This document shows, piece by piece, positions 18,425 through 27,572 of a stretch of 64,000 nucleotides of DNA (position 1 is its first letter; each line of letters begins with the position of its first letter). Under the pieces are notes generated by a model. That model saw only the letters and a list, made by a program, of their open reading frames with translations. It was not told the DNA's origin and did not search any database. This DNA comes from Deltaproteobacteria bacterium. GTDB lineage: Bacteria; Myxococcota_A; UBA9160; SMWR01. The stretch is taken from positions 1 through 64,000 of the forward strand of contig JAQBHB010000068.1 in NCBI GenBank assembly GCA_032128115.1, written 5' to 3'. The position numbers and the translations under genes are program-made.

Positions 18425-19557
18425 CCCCCTGGCGCCGGCGGCGCGTCGGCCGCGCCCCCGCCGACCTCGAGCCAGGCGGTGAAGAGCGTGTAGCCCAGCG
18501 CCAGCACCACGGCGCCGGTGAACAATCCGATGATGCCATCGAGCATGAAGCCGCCGATGGCGCCCATGAAGAGCACGAGCATGGGCACATCGACGCCCCG
18601 CCCCATCAAGAGAGGCTTGAGCACGTTGTCCGCCAGCCCCACGAGCGTCGCCCAGATGCCGAAGGCCACCGCGATCTCCACGGAACTCGTCGAAAAGACG
18701 TACGCGATGCTCGGACCCAACACCAGCAGCGTGGGCAGTTGCATCACCGCCAACATCAGCACCAGCAGGGCCCAGAGACCCGCCGCCGGCACTCCCGCGG
18801 CCAGCAGGCCGACGCCCGCCAGCAGCGACTGGATCAGGGCCACGCCCAGGATTCCGCGCGTGACACTCTGCACCGTTGCTCGGGCCAGATCGGTCAGCTC
18901 CCCGCCCCGATCCCCCACCAGCCGGGTGGCGAGGCTCCGCACGGCGGAGGCGCCGCGCCGGCCATTCGCCAGCAGTACGCCGGCGATCAGGATCGAGATC
19001 ACGAACTTCACGATCCCGATTCCCGTGGTGGCGCCAGTGGACACGAGCCACATCCCGATCGTCTTGAGCTGGGGAGCGATCTGTTCCAGGGCCGCTTCCA
19101 GATTCGAATTGGCCTGGGCCCAGAAGGCGTGGAGCGGCTCGCCGATGATCGGCCAGGTGGAGACGAAGGCGGGGGGCGGCGGAATCGAGAGCCCGCCATC
19201 GTGCAGGCCCCCGGCCAGGTTCGCGGCGGTTTCCACCAGGCTGGCGGTCAGGGCGACCGTGGGGCCGATGAGGATCAGCAGGGTGCCAAGCACCAGCAGC
19301 GCCGCCGCCGAGCGCGACCTGCCACCCATGGCGCGCTCGAGACCGCTGTAGACCGGGTGCACGGCCACGGCGATCACGATGCCCCACACGATGGGCTGGA
19401 TGAACGGCCGCAGGATCTGGAAGCACCACAGTCCGAGCAACGCCACCAGGCCGATGCGAACGCCGACCTCGAGCACGCGATGGAGCAGAGCGCGGTTCTC
19501 TTCCGAAACACTCGCGGTCGCCACGGCACCCCCCTCCCCGTCCACGAGGGACGTCAA
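18421..19557 (-). CDS. AI-2E family transporter
   Basis: PFIQPIVWG, DNVLKPLLMGRG, GAIGG..GIIGLFTGAVVLA; start may be slightly downstream. Confidence 0.9.
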   Translation of the reverse strand: MTSLVDGEGGAVATASVSEENRALLHRVLEVGVRIGLVALLGLWCFQILRPFIQPIVWGIVIAVAVHPVYSGLERAMGGRSRSAAALLVLGTLLILIGPTVALTASLVETAANLAGGLHDGGLSIPPPPAFVSTWPIIGEPLHAFWAQANSNLEAALEQIAPQLKTIGMWLVSTGATTGIGIVKFVISILIAGVLLANGRRGASAVRSLATRLVGDRGGELTDLARATVQSVTRGILGVALIQSLLAGVGLLAAGVPAAGLWALLVLMLAVMQLPTLLVLGPSIAYVFSTSSVEIAVAFGIWATLVGLADNVLKPLLMGRGVDVPMLVLFMGAIGGFMLDGIIGLFTGAVVLALGYTLFTAWLEVGGGAADAPPAPGG

Positions 19558-19598
19558 TGGAGCGGGTATCGTACTCGAACCGCCGAGCGTGCCGCAGG

Positions 19599-19799
19599 CT
19601 AGTGGAGCCGTTCGCGCCAGGCCGAGGCAAAGCCAGTCAGGGCGCCGGTAAGCGAGTCATGCTTCTGGCTCTGCGCCTTTCGACCCCGTCGCGAAACTTC
19701 GAGAACGTACTTGCTGGGATCGCCACCATCGGCGCGCACCCGCACGGTGCGACCCTTGTCGCGGTATCGGATTCCGAACGCAAGCGGTCGACTGGACAC
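19599..19799 (-). CDS. Small basic hypothetical protein (66 aa)
   Basis: GGAGGA RBS then GTG 19799; MSSRPLAFGIRYRDKGRTVRVRADGGDPSKYVLEVSRRG...FASAWRERLH. Confidence 0.6.
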   Translation of the reverse strand: MSSRPLAFGIRYRDKGRTVRVRADGGDPSKYVLEVSRRGRKAQSQKHDSLTGALTGFASAWRERLH

Positions 19800-19985
19800 G
19801 GTTCCTCCGGGTCGACGGGCTGGCCTCCGGGTGCGGCGCCCGCCGAATGTCCATCTCTTCGGACCGCGTGACGAAAACCTTGAGCCCGAACGGGAGATTC
19901 CGGCCGGTTCTGCCGGCTCGTGAAGCTGGGGCAAAACAGCCCCGCCCGGGGACACAATGCGTCCCACCGGGAGTACAGTGGCGGG

Positions 19986-21284
19986 GTGGACCCCCTCGAG
20001 CTCCTGACCCGCGCGCCCCTGCCCTTCCTGGCCCGCTGCCGGATTCCGGCCGATCTGGATTCGGTGACCCACGTCGGCCGCGAGCAGCCCCTGGACGGAA
20101 CCGGGGTCAGCCGTCGCTCGATCGATTCCGTGTGGCGTGCGGCCCAGGCCTTCTATCGCACGGGCGTCACCCCCGCGCTCCAGCTGTGCATCCGACGCCG
20201 GGGACGCATCGTCTTGAACCGCGCCCTGGGTCACGCACGTGGCAACGCCCCCGAAGATCCCGACGACGCGGAGAAGCAGCCCATCCGCACCGACACGCCG
20301 GTCAACGTCTTCTCGACGGCCAAGCTGGTGACGGCCATGGTGATCCACAAGCTCGACGAGCAGGGCCTCCTGCACCTGGAAGACCACGTGTGCGACACCA
20401 TCCCCGAGTTCGGCAGCCACGGGAAGCAGTTCATCACCCTGCGTCACCTGCTCTCGCACCGGGCGGGCATCCCGAACGTTCCCAGCCAGACCCTGGATCT
20501 CGACCTGTTGCAGCAGCCGGAGCGCATCTGCGAGCTCGTGTGCCAGCTGCGACCCGCCACCCGCCCCGGCCGCCTGGTGGCCTATCACGCCATCAGCAGC
20601 GGCTTCGTGCTTGGCGAGGTGGTGCGCCGTGCCACCGGCGCCACGATTCGCCAGGTGCTCGACGATCTGATCCGCAAGCCACTGGACGTGAAGTGGCTGC
20701 ACTACGGGGTGGCGCCGGACGACGTGGACCGGGTGGCGCGCAATGCCTTCACCGGACCGCCGCCGCCGCCCGGCGTGCGCCAACTGCTGCAGCGCGCCCT
20801 CGGCCGCCCGCTTCGCGAGATCGTCGAGCTCTCCAATGATCCGCGCTTCCTCACCGGGATCGTGCCCTCGGGAAACCTGGTGACCACCGCCGAGGACTTC
20901 TCCGCATTCCTCGAGTGCATGCTCCGGAAGGGTGAGTTCGGCGGCGTTCGCATCTTCAACGAGCGCACCATCCAGCACGCCGTCAACGAAGCCAGCTACC
21001 GGGAGATCGATCTCACCCTGCTGATCCCGCTGCGCTACGGGCTGGGGCCCATGTTGGGAGACGACCCGGTGGGCATCTTCGGCCCGTCGACGGGAAAGGC
21101 CTTCGGCCACGTGGGCCTGTCGAACATCTTTCCCTGGGCCGACCCGGAGCGGGAGATCTCGGTGGCCTTCCTCACCACGGGAAAGCCGATCGTGAGCACC
21201 CACGCCATACGCCTGGTACAGCTGCTGTGGACCATCAACCGCGTGTTCCCGAAGCACGAAAGCCCCAGCTCCGAAGCCGCCTGA
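19986..21284 (+). CDS. Serine hydrolase, beta-lactamase class C / LipD-like esterase
   Basis: FSTAK (SxxK), LLSHRAG, YHAISSG, FGHVG, WADPER; GTG 19986 after a TACAGT box. Confidence 0.9.
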   Translation: MDPLELLTRAPLPFLARCRIPADLDSVTHVGREQPLDGTGVSRRSIDSVWRAAQAFYRTGVTPALQLCIRRRGRIVLNRALGHARGNAPEDPDDAEKQPIRTDTPVNVFSTAKLVTAMVIHKLDEQGLLHLEDHVCDTIPEFGSHGKQFITLRHLLSHRAGIPNVPSQTLDLDLLQQPERICELVCQLRPATRPGRLVAYHAISSGFVLGEVVRRATGATIRQVLDDLIRKPLDVKWLHYGVAPDDVDRVARNAFTGPPPPPGVRQLLQRALGRPLREIVELSNDPRFLTGIVPSGNLVTTAEDFSAFLECMLRKGEFGGVRIFNERTIQHAVNEASYREIDLTLLIPLRYGLGPMLGDDPVGIFGPSTGKAFGHVGLSNIFPWADPEREISVAFLTTGKPIVSTHAIRLVQLLWTINRVFPKHESPSSEAA

Positions 21285-21303
21285 CCGGGTTTCACGCGCC
21301 TGC

Positions 21304-22125
21304 TCAGGACGTGGAGAGCGCCCTTGCCGAGTACGCCTGCGCGATCGCCTTCATCTCTTCGGTGAATTCGATCTTCTCCGGGGTGTACCCGGGCAGGTAG
21401 GTGGGCAGCAGCTTCGGGAGCAAGCCCTTCCGCGCCATGCGCGCCCGCATCCTCTCGCGCTGCTTGCGGCCGTGAAGTCCGCCGTACCTGGACAGGCAGT
21501 CGGGGTCGGCCTCGAGCATGTAGCGGGCCACACGGAGCGTCCAGCGGCTCATGTGCCACTGGGCAAACAGGCCGACGAACAGGCGATGGAAGTAGCCGCC
21601 GCAGACGTGCTGGTACACGTCGAACGCCACCGTGCGGTGTTCGAGTTCCTCCACCAGGTGCCACAGGAAGAGATCGCGGACGGCGGGGTGCATGCCCTGG
21701 AACTGCTTCGACTCCAGGGCGAAGCGCGCGCTGGCGGTGGTCAGGGCCTCGAAGCCCTCGGCGTAGGCCAGGTTGAACCGCAGCGACTTCGTGTTCGAGA
21801 AGCGCTGATAGTCGGCCTCGAGCTCGTCTTCGAATTCCTGGAGGCGCGGGAAGCCCTGCTTCCGGATCACGTCATTGAAGCGCCGGTGTTCGCGGTAGTG
21901 TTGCCCCTCCTGGGCACTGAAGCGCTCCAGATCCACCACCAGATCCGGATCCCGAACCCGCTTCTTCGCCACCTTCAGGGTCCGGATCAGGTAGGGCTCG
22001 AGATAGGGCAGGAGCAACGACAAGGCGACGATGCCGTAGGATTGTTCCGGCTGCCCCGCGATGCAGACCGCCGGAATGTCGTCGGCGAAGTCGAATCCCA
22101 TGCGTCGGACGGTGATGTCGTGCAC
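21304..22125 (-). CDS. Predicted metal-dependent hydrolase (PF10118-like)
   Basis: PYLEPYL, QEGQHYREH, WHLVEELEHRTVAFDVY. Confidence 0.87.
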   Translation of the reverse strand: MHDITVRRMGFDFADDIPAVCIAGQPEQSYGIVALSLLLPYLEPYLIRTLKVAKKRVRDPDLVVDLERFSAQEGQHYREHRRFNDVIRKQGFPRLQEFEDELEADYQRFSNTKSLRFNLAYAEGFEALTTASARFALESKQFQGMHPAVRDLFLWHLVEELEHRTVAFDVYQHVCGGYFHRLFVGLFAQWHMSRWTLRVARYMLEADPDCLSRYGGLHGRKQRERMRARMARKGLLPKLLPTYLPGYTPEKIEFTEEMKAIAQAYSARALSTS

Positions 22126-22164
22126 GGCCCCGCGCCTCCCCGAGATGCTCTACTCTAGCGGCCC

Positions 22165-23064
22165 GTGGCCGACTTCGAGAACACCACACTCCACGCGAAC
22201 GGGATGTCGTTCTCGGCCCTCGCCCAGGGCGAGGGTCCGGTGGTGCTGTGCCTGCACGGCTTCCCGGACTGCCTGCGCTCCTTCCGGCACCAGCTCCCGG
22301 CCCTGGCCGACGCGGGCTTCCGGGCCGTGGCTCCCGCGCTGCGGGGCTACGAGCCAAAGACCCTGCCCCCCGACGGCGACTACCACATGGTGCGCATGGC
22401 CGAGGACGTGGTGGGCTGGATCGACGACCTGGGCCAGGAACGCGTTCACCTGGTGGGCCACGATTGGGGCGCCGTGATCGGCTACTGCGTCGCCGCGCTG
22501 GCTCCCGAGCGCTTCCACTCGCTGACCACCCTGGCCGTGCCCCACCCGGGCCGCATGCAGCAGGATGGCCTGCGCCAGATCCCGTCCCAGCTGCGCCACT
22601 CCTGGTACATGTTCTTCTTCCAGCTCCGGGGGCTCTCCGACGCGGTCGTTTCGGCGCGCGACTGGGCCTTCATCGAGAAGCTCTGGCGCGACTGGTCGCC
22701 CGGCTGGGATCCGCCGCCCGAAGAGATGGCGGCGGTCAAGAAAACCCTGGCCCAGCCCGGCGTGAAGCGCGCCGCCCTGGGCTACTACCGCGACGCCTTC
22801 GGCTTCCTCTCGCGTGCGGCACGCGAAACCCGAACGCTGCTGCTGTCTCCCATCCGCGTGCCCACCCTGGCCTTCACCGGCGACCGCGACGGCTGCATGG
22901 ACACGCGCCTGCACGACATCGCCATGCAGGCGCGAGACTTCCCGTCGGGATTCGAAGTAGAGCGCGTGCAGGGGGCGGGCCACTTCCTCCACCAGGAGAA
23001 GCCCGAACTCGTCAATCGCATCCTGCTGGACTGGCTGACGCGGCGCGCCCGCCCGCGGACCTGA
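22165..23064 (+). CDS. Alpha/beta hydrolase, epoxide hydrolase-like
   Basis: HGFPD, RGY, GHDWGA, GHFLHQEKP. Confidence 0.92.
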   Translation: MADFENTTLHANGMSFSALAQGEGPVVLCLHGFPDCLRSFRHQLPALADAGFRAVAPALRGYEPKTLPPDGDYHMVRMAEDVVGWIDDLGQERVHLVGHDWGAVIGYCVAALAPERFHSLTTLAVPHPGRMQQDGLRQIPSQLRHSWYMFFFQLRGLSDAVVSARDWAFIEKLWRDWSPGWDPPPEEMAAVKKTLAQPGVKRAALGYYRDAFGFLSRAARETRTLLLSPIRVPTLAFTGDRDGCMDTRLHDIAMQARDFPSGFEVERVQGAGHFLHQEKPELVNRILLDWLTRRARPRT

Positions 23065-23077
23065 AACCGGAGCCTCC

Positions 23078-24682
23078 ATGGCCGATGAAACCGCCGATGT
23101 CGTGATCGTAGGAGCCGGAGCCGCAGGCGCTGCCCTGGCCTGGAGCCTGGCCGAGACGCGCATGAACATCGTGTGCCTCGAGCAGGGCGACTGGATGGAT
23201 CCCGCGGAGTATCCCACCACCGGCAGCCACTGGGAGATGCGGCAGTTCGGAGATTTCGGTCTGAGTCCCAACTCCCGGGGGCGCCCGGAGGACTATCCGG
23301 TCAACGAGGACGACTCGCCCATCTCGATTTCGAACTTCAATGCCGTGGGCGGCAGCACCATCCTCTACGCCGCCCACTTCCCGCGCTTCCGCCCCTCGGA
23401 CTTCAAGGTCAAGACCCTCGACGGCGTAGCCGACGACTGGCCGCTGGACTACGAGACCCTGGCGCCCTGGTACGACGTGAACGCGCGCATGATGGGCGTG
23501 GCCGGCCTGGCGGGCGATCCTGCCTATCCCGACAAACAGCTGCCGCTTCCGCCCGTGCCGCTGGGCAGACTGGGCGAAACCCTGGCCCGTGGCTTCAACG
23601 AACTGGGCTGGCACTGGTGGCCCTCGGACAGCGCCATCGCCACCCGCGAGTACGAGGGCCGCGCGCCCTGTATCAACCTGGGCCCCTGCATCATGGGCTG
23701 CGCCCAGGGCGCCAAGGCCAGTACCGATGTCACCTACTGGCCCGTGGCGGTGCGACGCGGCGTCAGCCTCAAGACCCACTGCCGGGTGCGCGAGATCAGC
23801 GTGGGCGACGACGGCCTGGCCAACGGCGTGATCTACTACGACGCCGGAGGGGTCGAGCGCGTACAGAAGGCCGAGGTGGTGGTGCTTGCGTGCAATGGTG
23901 TGGGCACGCCGCGACTGCTGCTGAACTCGAAATCCCGGCTGTTCCCAGACGGCCTCGCGAACTCCAGCGGGCTGGTGGGCCGCAATCTCATGTTCCACCC
24001 CTACGCCATGCTGACCGGCGTCTTCGACGATCGGCTCGAGGGATACAAGGGACCCACCGGCTGCATGATCATGAGCCAGGAATTCTACGAAACGGACGTC
24101 TCGCGCGGCTTCGTGCGGGGCTATTCGTTCGAGGGATTGCGGGGCATGGGGCCGGTCTCCATGGCCCTGCTGGGGATGTCGTCGGGGAAGGTGCCGTGGG
24201 GCGCCGGACACCACGAGGCCTACGACGGGCTGTTCGACCACACGGCGGGCATGGTGGTGATCAGCGAGGACCTGCCGGATCCCGAGAACCGGGTGACCCT
24301 GGACCCGACGCTGACCGACGGCAACGGCATCCCCGCCCCGAAGATCCACTACCGGCTCAGCGACAACAGCCGGAAGATGCTCGAACACGCGGTCGCCCGG
24401 GGCCAGGAGGTCCTGGAGGCCGCGGGCGCCAAACAGACGTGGGCCGAACCGCTGCTTCGGGTGGCCGGCTGGCACCTGATGGGAACCGCGCGCATGGGCA
24501 GCGACCCCACCACCTCGGTGGTGAACGACTGGGGCCGCGCCCACGACGTGAAGAATCTCTTCATCATCGACGGCAGCATCTTCGTGACGGCTGCCGCCGT
24601 GAACCCGACCAACACGATCCAGGCCCTGTCCCTGTACATTGCCGACCGGATCAAGCAGAACCTGACCCACCTGTTCGACTGA
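23078..24682 (+). CDS. GMC family FAD oxidoreductase
   Basis: GAGAAG, VGGSTILY, CINLGPCIMGC (Fe-S Cys cluster), HLMGTARMG, NPTNTIQAL. Confidence 0.92.
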   Translation: MADETADVVIVGAGAAGAALAWSLAETRMNIVCLEQGDWMDPAEYPTTGSHWEMRQFGDFGLSPNSRGRPEDYPVNEDDSPISISNFNAVGGSTILYAAHFPRFRPSDFKVKTLDGVADDWPLDYETLAPWYDVNARMMGVAGLAGDPAYPDKQLPLPPVPLGRLGETLARGFNELGWHWWPSDSAIATREYEGRAPCINLGPCIMGCAQGAKASTDVTYWPVAVRRGVSLKTHCRVREISVGDDGLANGVIYYDAGGVERVQKAEVVVLACNGVGTPRLLLNSKSRLFPDGLANSSGLVGRNLMFHPYAMLTGVFDDRLEGYKGPTGCMIMSQEFYETDVSRGFVRGYSFEGLRGMGPVSMALLGMSSGKVPWGAGHHEAYDGLFDHTAGMVVISEDLPDPENRVTLDPTLTDGNGIPAPKIHYRLSDNSRKMLEHAVARGQEVLEAAGAKQTWAEPLLRVAGWHLMGTARMGSDPTTSVVNDWGRAHDVKNLFIIDGSIFVTAAAVNPTNTIQALSLYIADRIKQNLTHLFD

Positions 24683-24700
24683 AGGTCACGGAAGAAGATC

Positions 24701-25177
24701 ATGAGAGACGCCCGGAACGAATCCGTTCTCACCCCGGAAGAGCAGCAGAGCCTGTCGAGCGTGCTGGACCTGATCATCCCGCCGCGCCCCGACGGCCGCG
24801 CCCCCGGCGCGGGTGCGCTCGGTGGGGTCGCCTCCATCGAGGCGGCGATCCGGAAGTCGCCCGACCTGCGGCCCGCGGTGGTGGGCGGGCTCATCGCCCT
24901 GGCGAAGGCGGCGCGCGAGCGAGGCGCCGGCGACTTCGCCGCCCTCTCGGATGACGACCGACTGCAGGCGCTCAACCAGGTAGCCGCCGCGGAGCCGGCC
25001 TTCCTGCCGGGCCTGATCTTCCATACCTACGTGGGCTACTACCAGGATGGGCGCGTGGTGGAGGCTCTGGGCCTTCCGGCGCGCCCGCCGCACCCCCAGG
25101 GCTACGAGCTCGAGACCGGCGACCTGGGCCTGCTTGACGCGGTTCGCCGGCGACCCAAGATGTATCGCCAACCCTGA
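24701..25177 (+). CDS. Gluconate 2-dehydrogenase subunit 3-like small subunit
   Basis: LDLIIP...PGAG, FAALS, GYYQD..V..ALG; directly downstream of the GMC gene. Confidence 0.78.
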   Translation: MRDARNESVLTPEEQQSLSSVLDLIIPPRPDGRAPGAGALGGVASIEAAIRKSPDLRPAVVGGLIALAKAARERGAGDFAALSDDDRLQALNQVAAAEPAFLPGLIFHTYVGYYQDGRVVEALGLPARPPHPQGYELETGDLGLLDAVRRRPKMYRQP

Positions 25178-25229
25178 TTCCCGACCGGAGACTCCCAACC
25201 GGAGACCCCTTGAAGCGAGGAGTGAAGCC

Positions 25230-25817
25230 ATGACCCAACCCGATCCGCGCCAGACCACCTTCACCCGCATGCAGGACGGCACGCGCGAGGACTACAAAAT
25301 CGTCATGCGCCACGCCCTCGAGTTCGGAAGCGGCCTGCCGGGACGTGTGCTCGAGCACCTCGGGAAGCTCTCGGGCGATACGGGTGGCTACGCCGTCGAT
25401 CGCCTGACCCACAGCCTGCAGTCGGCCACCCGGGCCCAGCGCGACGGGCGCGACGACGAGTACGTGGCCTGCGCCCTGCTCCACGACATCGGCGACACCC
25501 TGGCTCCCGCCAACCACTCGGAGCTGGCCGCCACCCTCCTCGAGCCCTTCATCTCGGAGAAGAACCACTGGATCGTGAAGCACCACGGCATCTTCCAGGG
25601 TTACTACTTCTTCCACCACATGGGGCTCGATCGGAATATGCGCGACCGCTATCGGGATCACCCCTATTGGCGCGACTGCGCCGAGTTCTGCGCCAGGTAC
25701 GACGAGAACTGCTTCGATCCCGACTACGACACGCTTGCGCTGTCGCATTTCGAGCCCCTGGTGCACGACCTGTTCAAGACGCCCAAACGATCCATCTACC
25801 TGGCTGCGTCGCCCTGA
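25230..25817 (+). CDS. HD-domain protein, PhnZ/TmpB-like
   Basis: GAGGAG RBS; VDRLTHSLQSATRA, ALLHDIGD, NHSE, HHGIFQ, YDENCFDP. Confidence 0.85.
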   Translation: MTQPDPRQTTFTRMQDGTREDYKIVMRHALEFGSGLPGRVLEHLGKLSGDTGGYAVDRLTHSLQSATRAQRDGRDDEYVACALLHDIGDTLAPANHSELAATLLEPFISEKNHWIVKHHGIFQGYYFFHHMGLDRNMRDRYRDHPYWRDCAEFCARYDENCFDPDYDTLALSHFEPLVHDLFKTPKRSIYLAASP

Positions 25818-26972
25818 TCAGGTAGACAGCACCGTCACGCAGCTGACACCGGGAAAGCCGTAGACGTGGGTGAAGCCGGTCTTGAGGGGCTTGGGTACCT
25901 GGCGATCGCCCGCCTCACGGCGTAGCTGCAGGCACACCTCGTAGACCTGACGCAGGCCCGAGGCGCCGATGGGCTCTCCGTTCGCCATCAGGCCGCCGTC
26001 CGTGTTGATGGGCAGGCGCCCGTCGATCTCGGTGGCCCCCTCGCGGATCCAGGCCTCCTGCTCGCCGTCCTTGCAGAAGCCATTCTCGGCCATGTGCATG
26101 ATCTCGTGCCCCGCTTCCGTGTCCTGCACCTGGGCGATGTCGATGTCTCCGGGCCCGATGCCCGCCATTTCGTAGGCCGCCTGGGATGCCTGCACCGAGG
26201 GGCTCGGCACGCTCTCGGCGGGCTGCGACGGGCTCATGGTTTCGAACGAACCGTAGAGCCGGGTGCGGAACACGTCGGCGCGCAGCAGGATCGGTTTGCT
26301 GGTGTAACGCCGCGCCACGTCTGCGCGACACACCACCATGGCGGCCGCCCCCTCGCTGGGCGAGCAGAAGTGGTACTGGCGCAGCGGGTCGCAGACCATG
26401 GCCGAGTTGGCGATGGCGTCGTAGGGCAATGCCTTGCGCCGCCAGGCCTTCGGATTCCGCGAGCCGTTCTGGAAGGCCTTCACCGCCACCCGGTTGAGGC
26501 AGTCCTCGCTGATGCCGTGGTCGTACATGTAGCGCCGGGTCTTCATGGCGAAGTACTGGGGATTCACGGCCATGCCCGTCTGGCCGTACCACTGGCCCAG
26601 GCCGATGCCCTCCAGATCGTCTCCCACCGAGAACGCGCCGCGCGGGTGCTTGTCGAATCCCACGGCGATCCCGATGTCACCAATGCCGGCGGCGATGCTG
26701 TTGGCGGCATTGAGCAGCAGGCTTCCGCCTGTGGCACAACCATTGAAGATCGAGGTGAAGGGAATACCCGTGAGCCCCATGAATTTGATCATGGCGTCCG
26801 GCTGTACCACCTCGAGGGCGCCGGCACAGGCAAACTGGACGTCCTTCCAGCGCACCCCCGCATCGTCGAGCGCCTCGTTGGCTGCCTTCACGCCCATCTG
26901 GATGGCATTGACGCCCTCGTGACGGCCGAACGGATGCAGACCGATGCCGATGATGGCGATGTCCGTATTCAT
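25818..26972 (-). CDS. Thiolase family protein (SCP-x type)
   Basis: NGCATG, SEGAAA, NTDGGL..GEPIGASGLRQ. Confidence 0.92.
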   Translation of the reverse strand: MNTDIAIIGIGLHPFGRHEGVNAIQMGVKAANEALDDAGVRWKDVQFACAGALEVVQPDAMIKFMGLTGIPFTSIFNGCATGGSLLLNAANSIAAGIGDIGIAVGFDKHPRGAFSVGDDLEGIGLGQWYGQTGMAVNPQYFAMKTRRYMYDHGISEDCLNRVAVKAFQNGSRNPKAWRRKALPYDAIANSAMVCDPLRQYHFCSPSEGAAAMVVCRADVARRYTSKPILLRADVFRTRLYGSFETMSPSQPAESVPSPSVQASQAAYEMAGIGPGDIDIAQVQDTEAGHEIMHMAENGFCKDGEQEAWIREGATEIDGRLPINTDGGLMANGEPIGASGLRQVYEVCLQLRREAGDRQVPKPLKTGFTHVYGFPGVSCVTVLST

Positions 26973-27003
26973 CTCGATTCCCCCGACTCCTGGAGTCGGC
27001 CTC

Positions 27004-27444
27004 CTAGTCCGCGAGCGGCTGGAAGGCGAATGTCATCAGCCCGTTGCCATCCTCGTCTTCGACGAATTCCCCGATGACGAGTTCCATCTCCATACCGATC
27101 CTCAGCTTCTCGGGATCGCTCTCGGTCAGACGCGTCTCCACGCGGATGCCCTCGGGCAGCTCCACGTAGCCCACTCCGAAGGGCACGAAGGTTTCCCGGT
27201 CAGCGTTTCCAATGTAGGGAGGAGCCGGGGGCGGAAACCGCTGGATGGTAAAGGTCCACAGGACGCCGCGCGTGCTCAGCAGCACCTCTTCGGCGTTGCG
27301 ACCGGTGCAGCTGGGACACGCGTCCTGGCGGGGAAACGTGATCTCTCCACAGTCCTTGCACTTGCCGGCAATCAGCTGGGGCCGGTCGGACGGCCAGGTG
27401 TAGAGACCCTCCTGGATGGGGATCTGCTTCTTCGCCACCGCCAT
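27004..27444 (-). CDS. DUF35 zinc-ribbon/OB-fold protein (thiolase partner)
   Basis: CKDCG..FP...CPSC, G.LWTFT, PFGVGYVEL, IGMEMEL; adjacent to the thiolase. Confidence 0.92.
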   Translation of the reverse strand: MAVAKKQIPIQEGLYTWPSDRPQLIAGKCKDCGEITFPRQDACPSCTGRNAEEVLLSTRGVLWTFTIQRFPPPAPPYIGNADRETFVPFGVGYVELPEGIRVETRLTESDPEKLRIGMEMELVIGEFVEDEDGNGLMTFAFQPLAD

Positions 27445-27493
27445 GAGCCTGCCTCCGCGAAACGATGCGCAGTATACCCTCCGCCCGGATTCT

Positions 27494-27549
27494 GGAGCGA
27501 GGCGCGAGGAGCGAGGAGCGAGGAGCGAGGAGCGAGGAGCGAGGAGCGA
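27494..27549 (+). repeat. Heptanucleotide tandem repeat (GGAGCGA)x8, one variant unit
   Basis: Units at 27494, 27501 (GGCGCGA) and six perfect copies at 27508-27549. Confidence 0.95.
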
Positions 27550-27572
27550 AGAGAGGAGTACCCTCCGGGCCC

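Noticed and set aside
27494..27549. Possible CRISPR array
   Set aside because: Contiguous 7-bp units without spacers; no cas genes.
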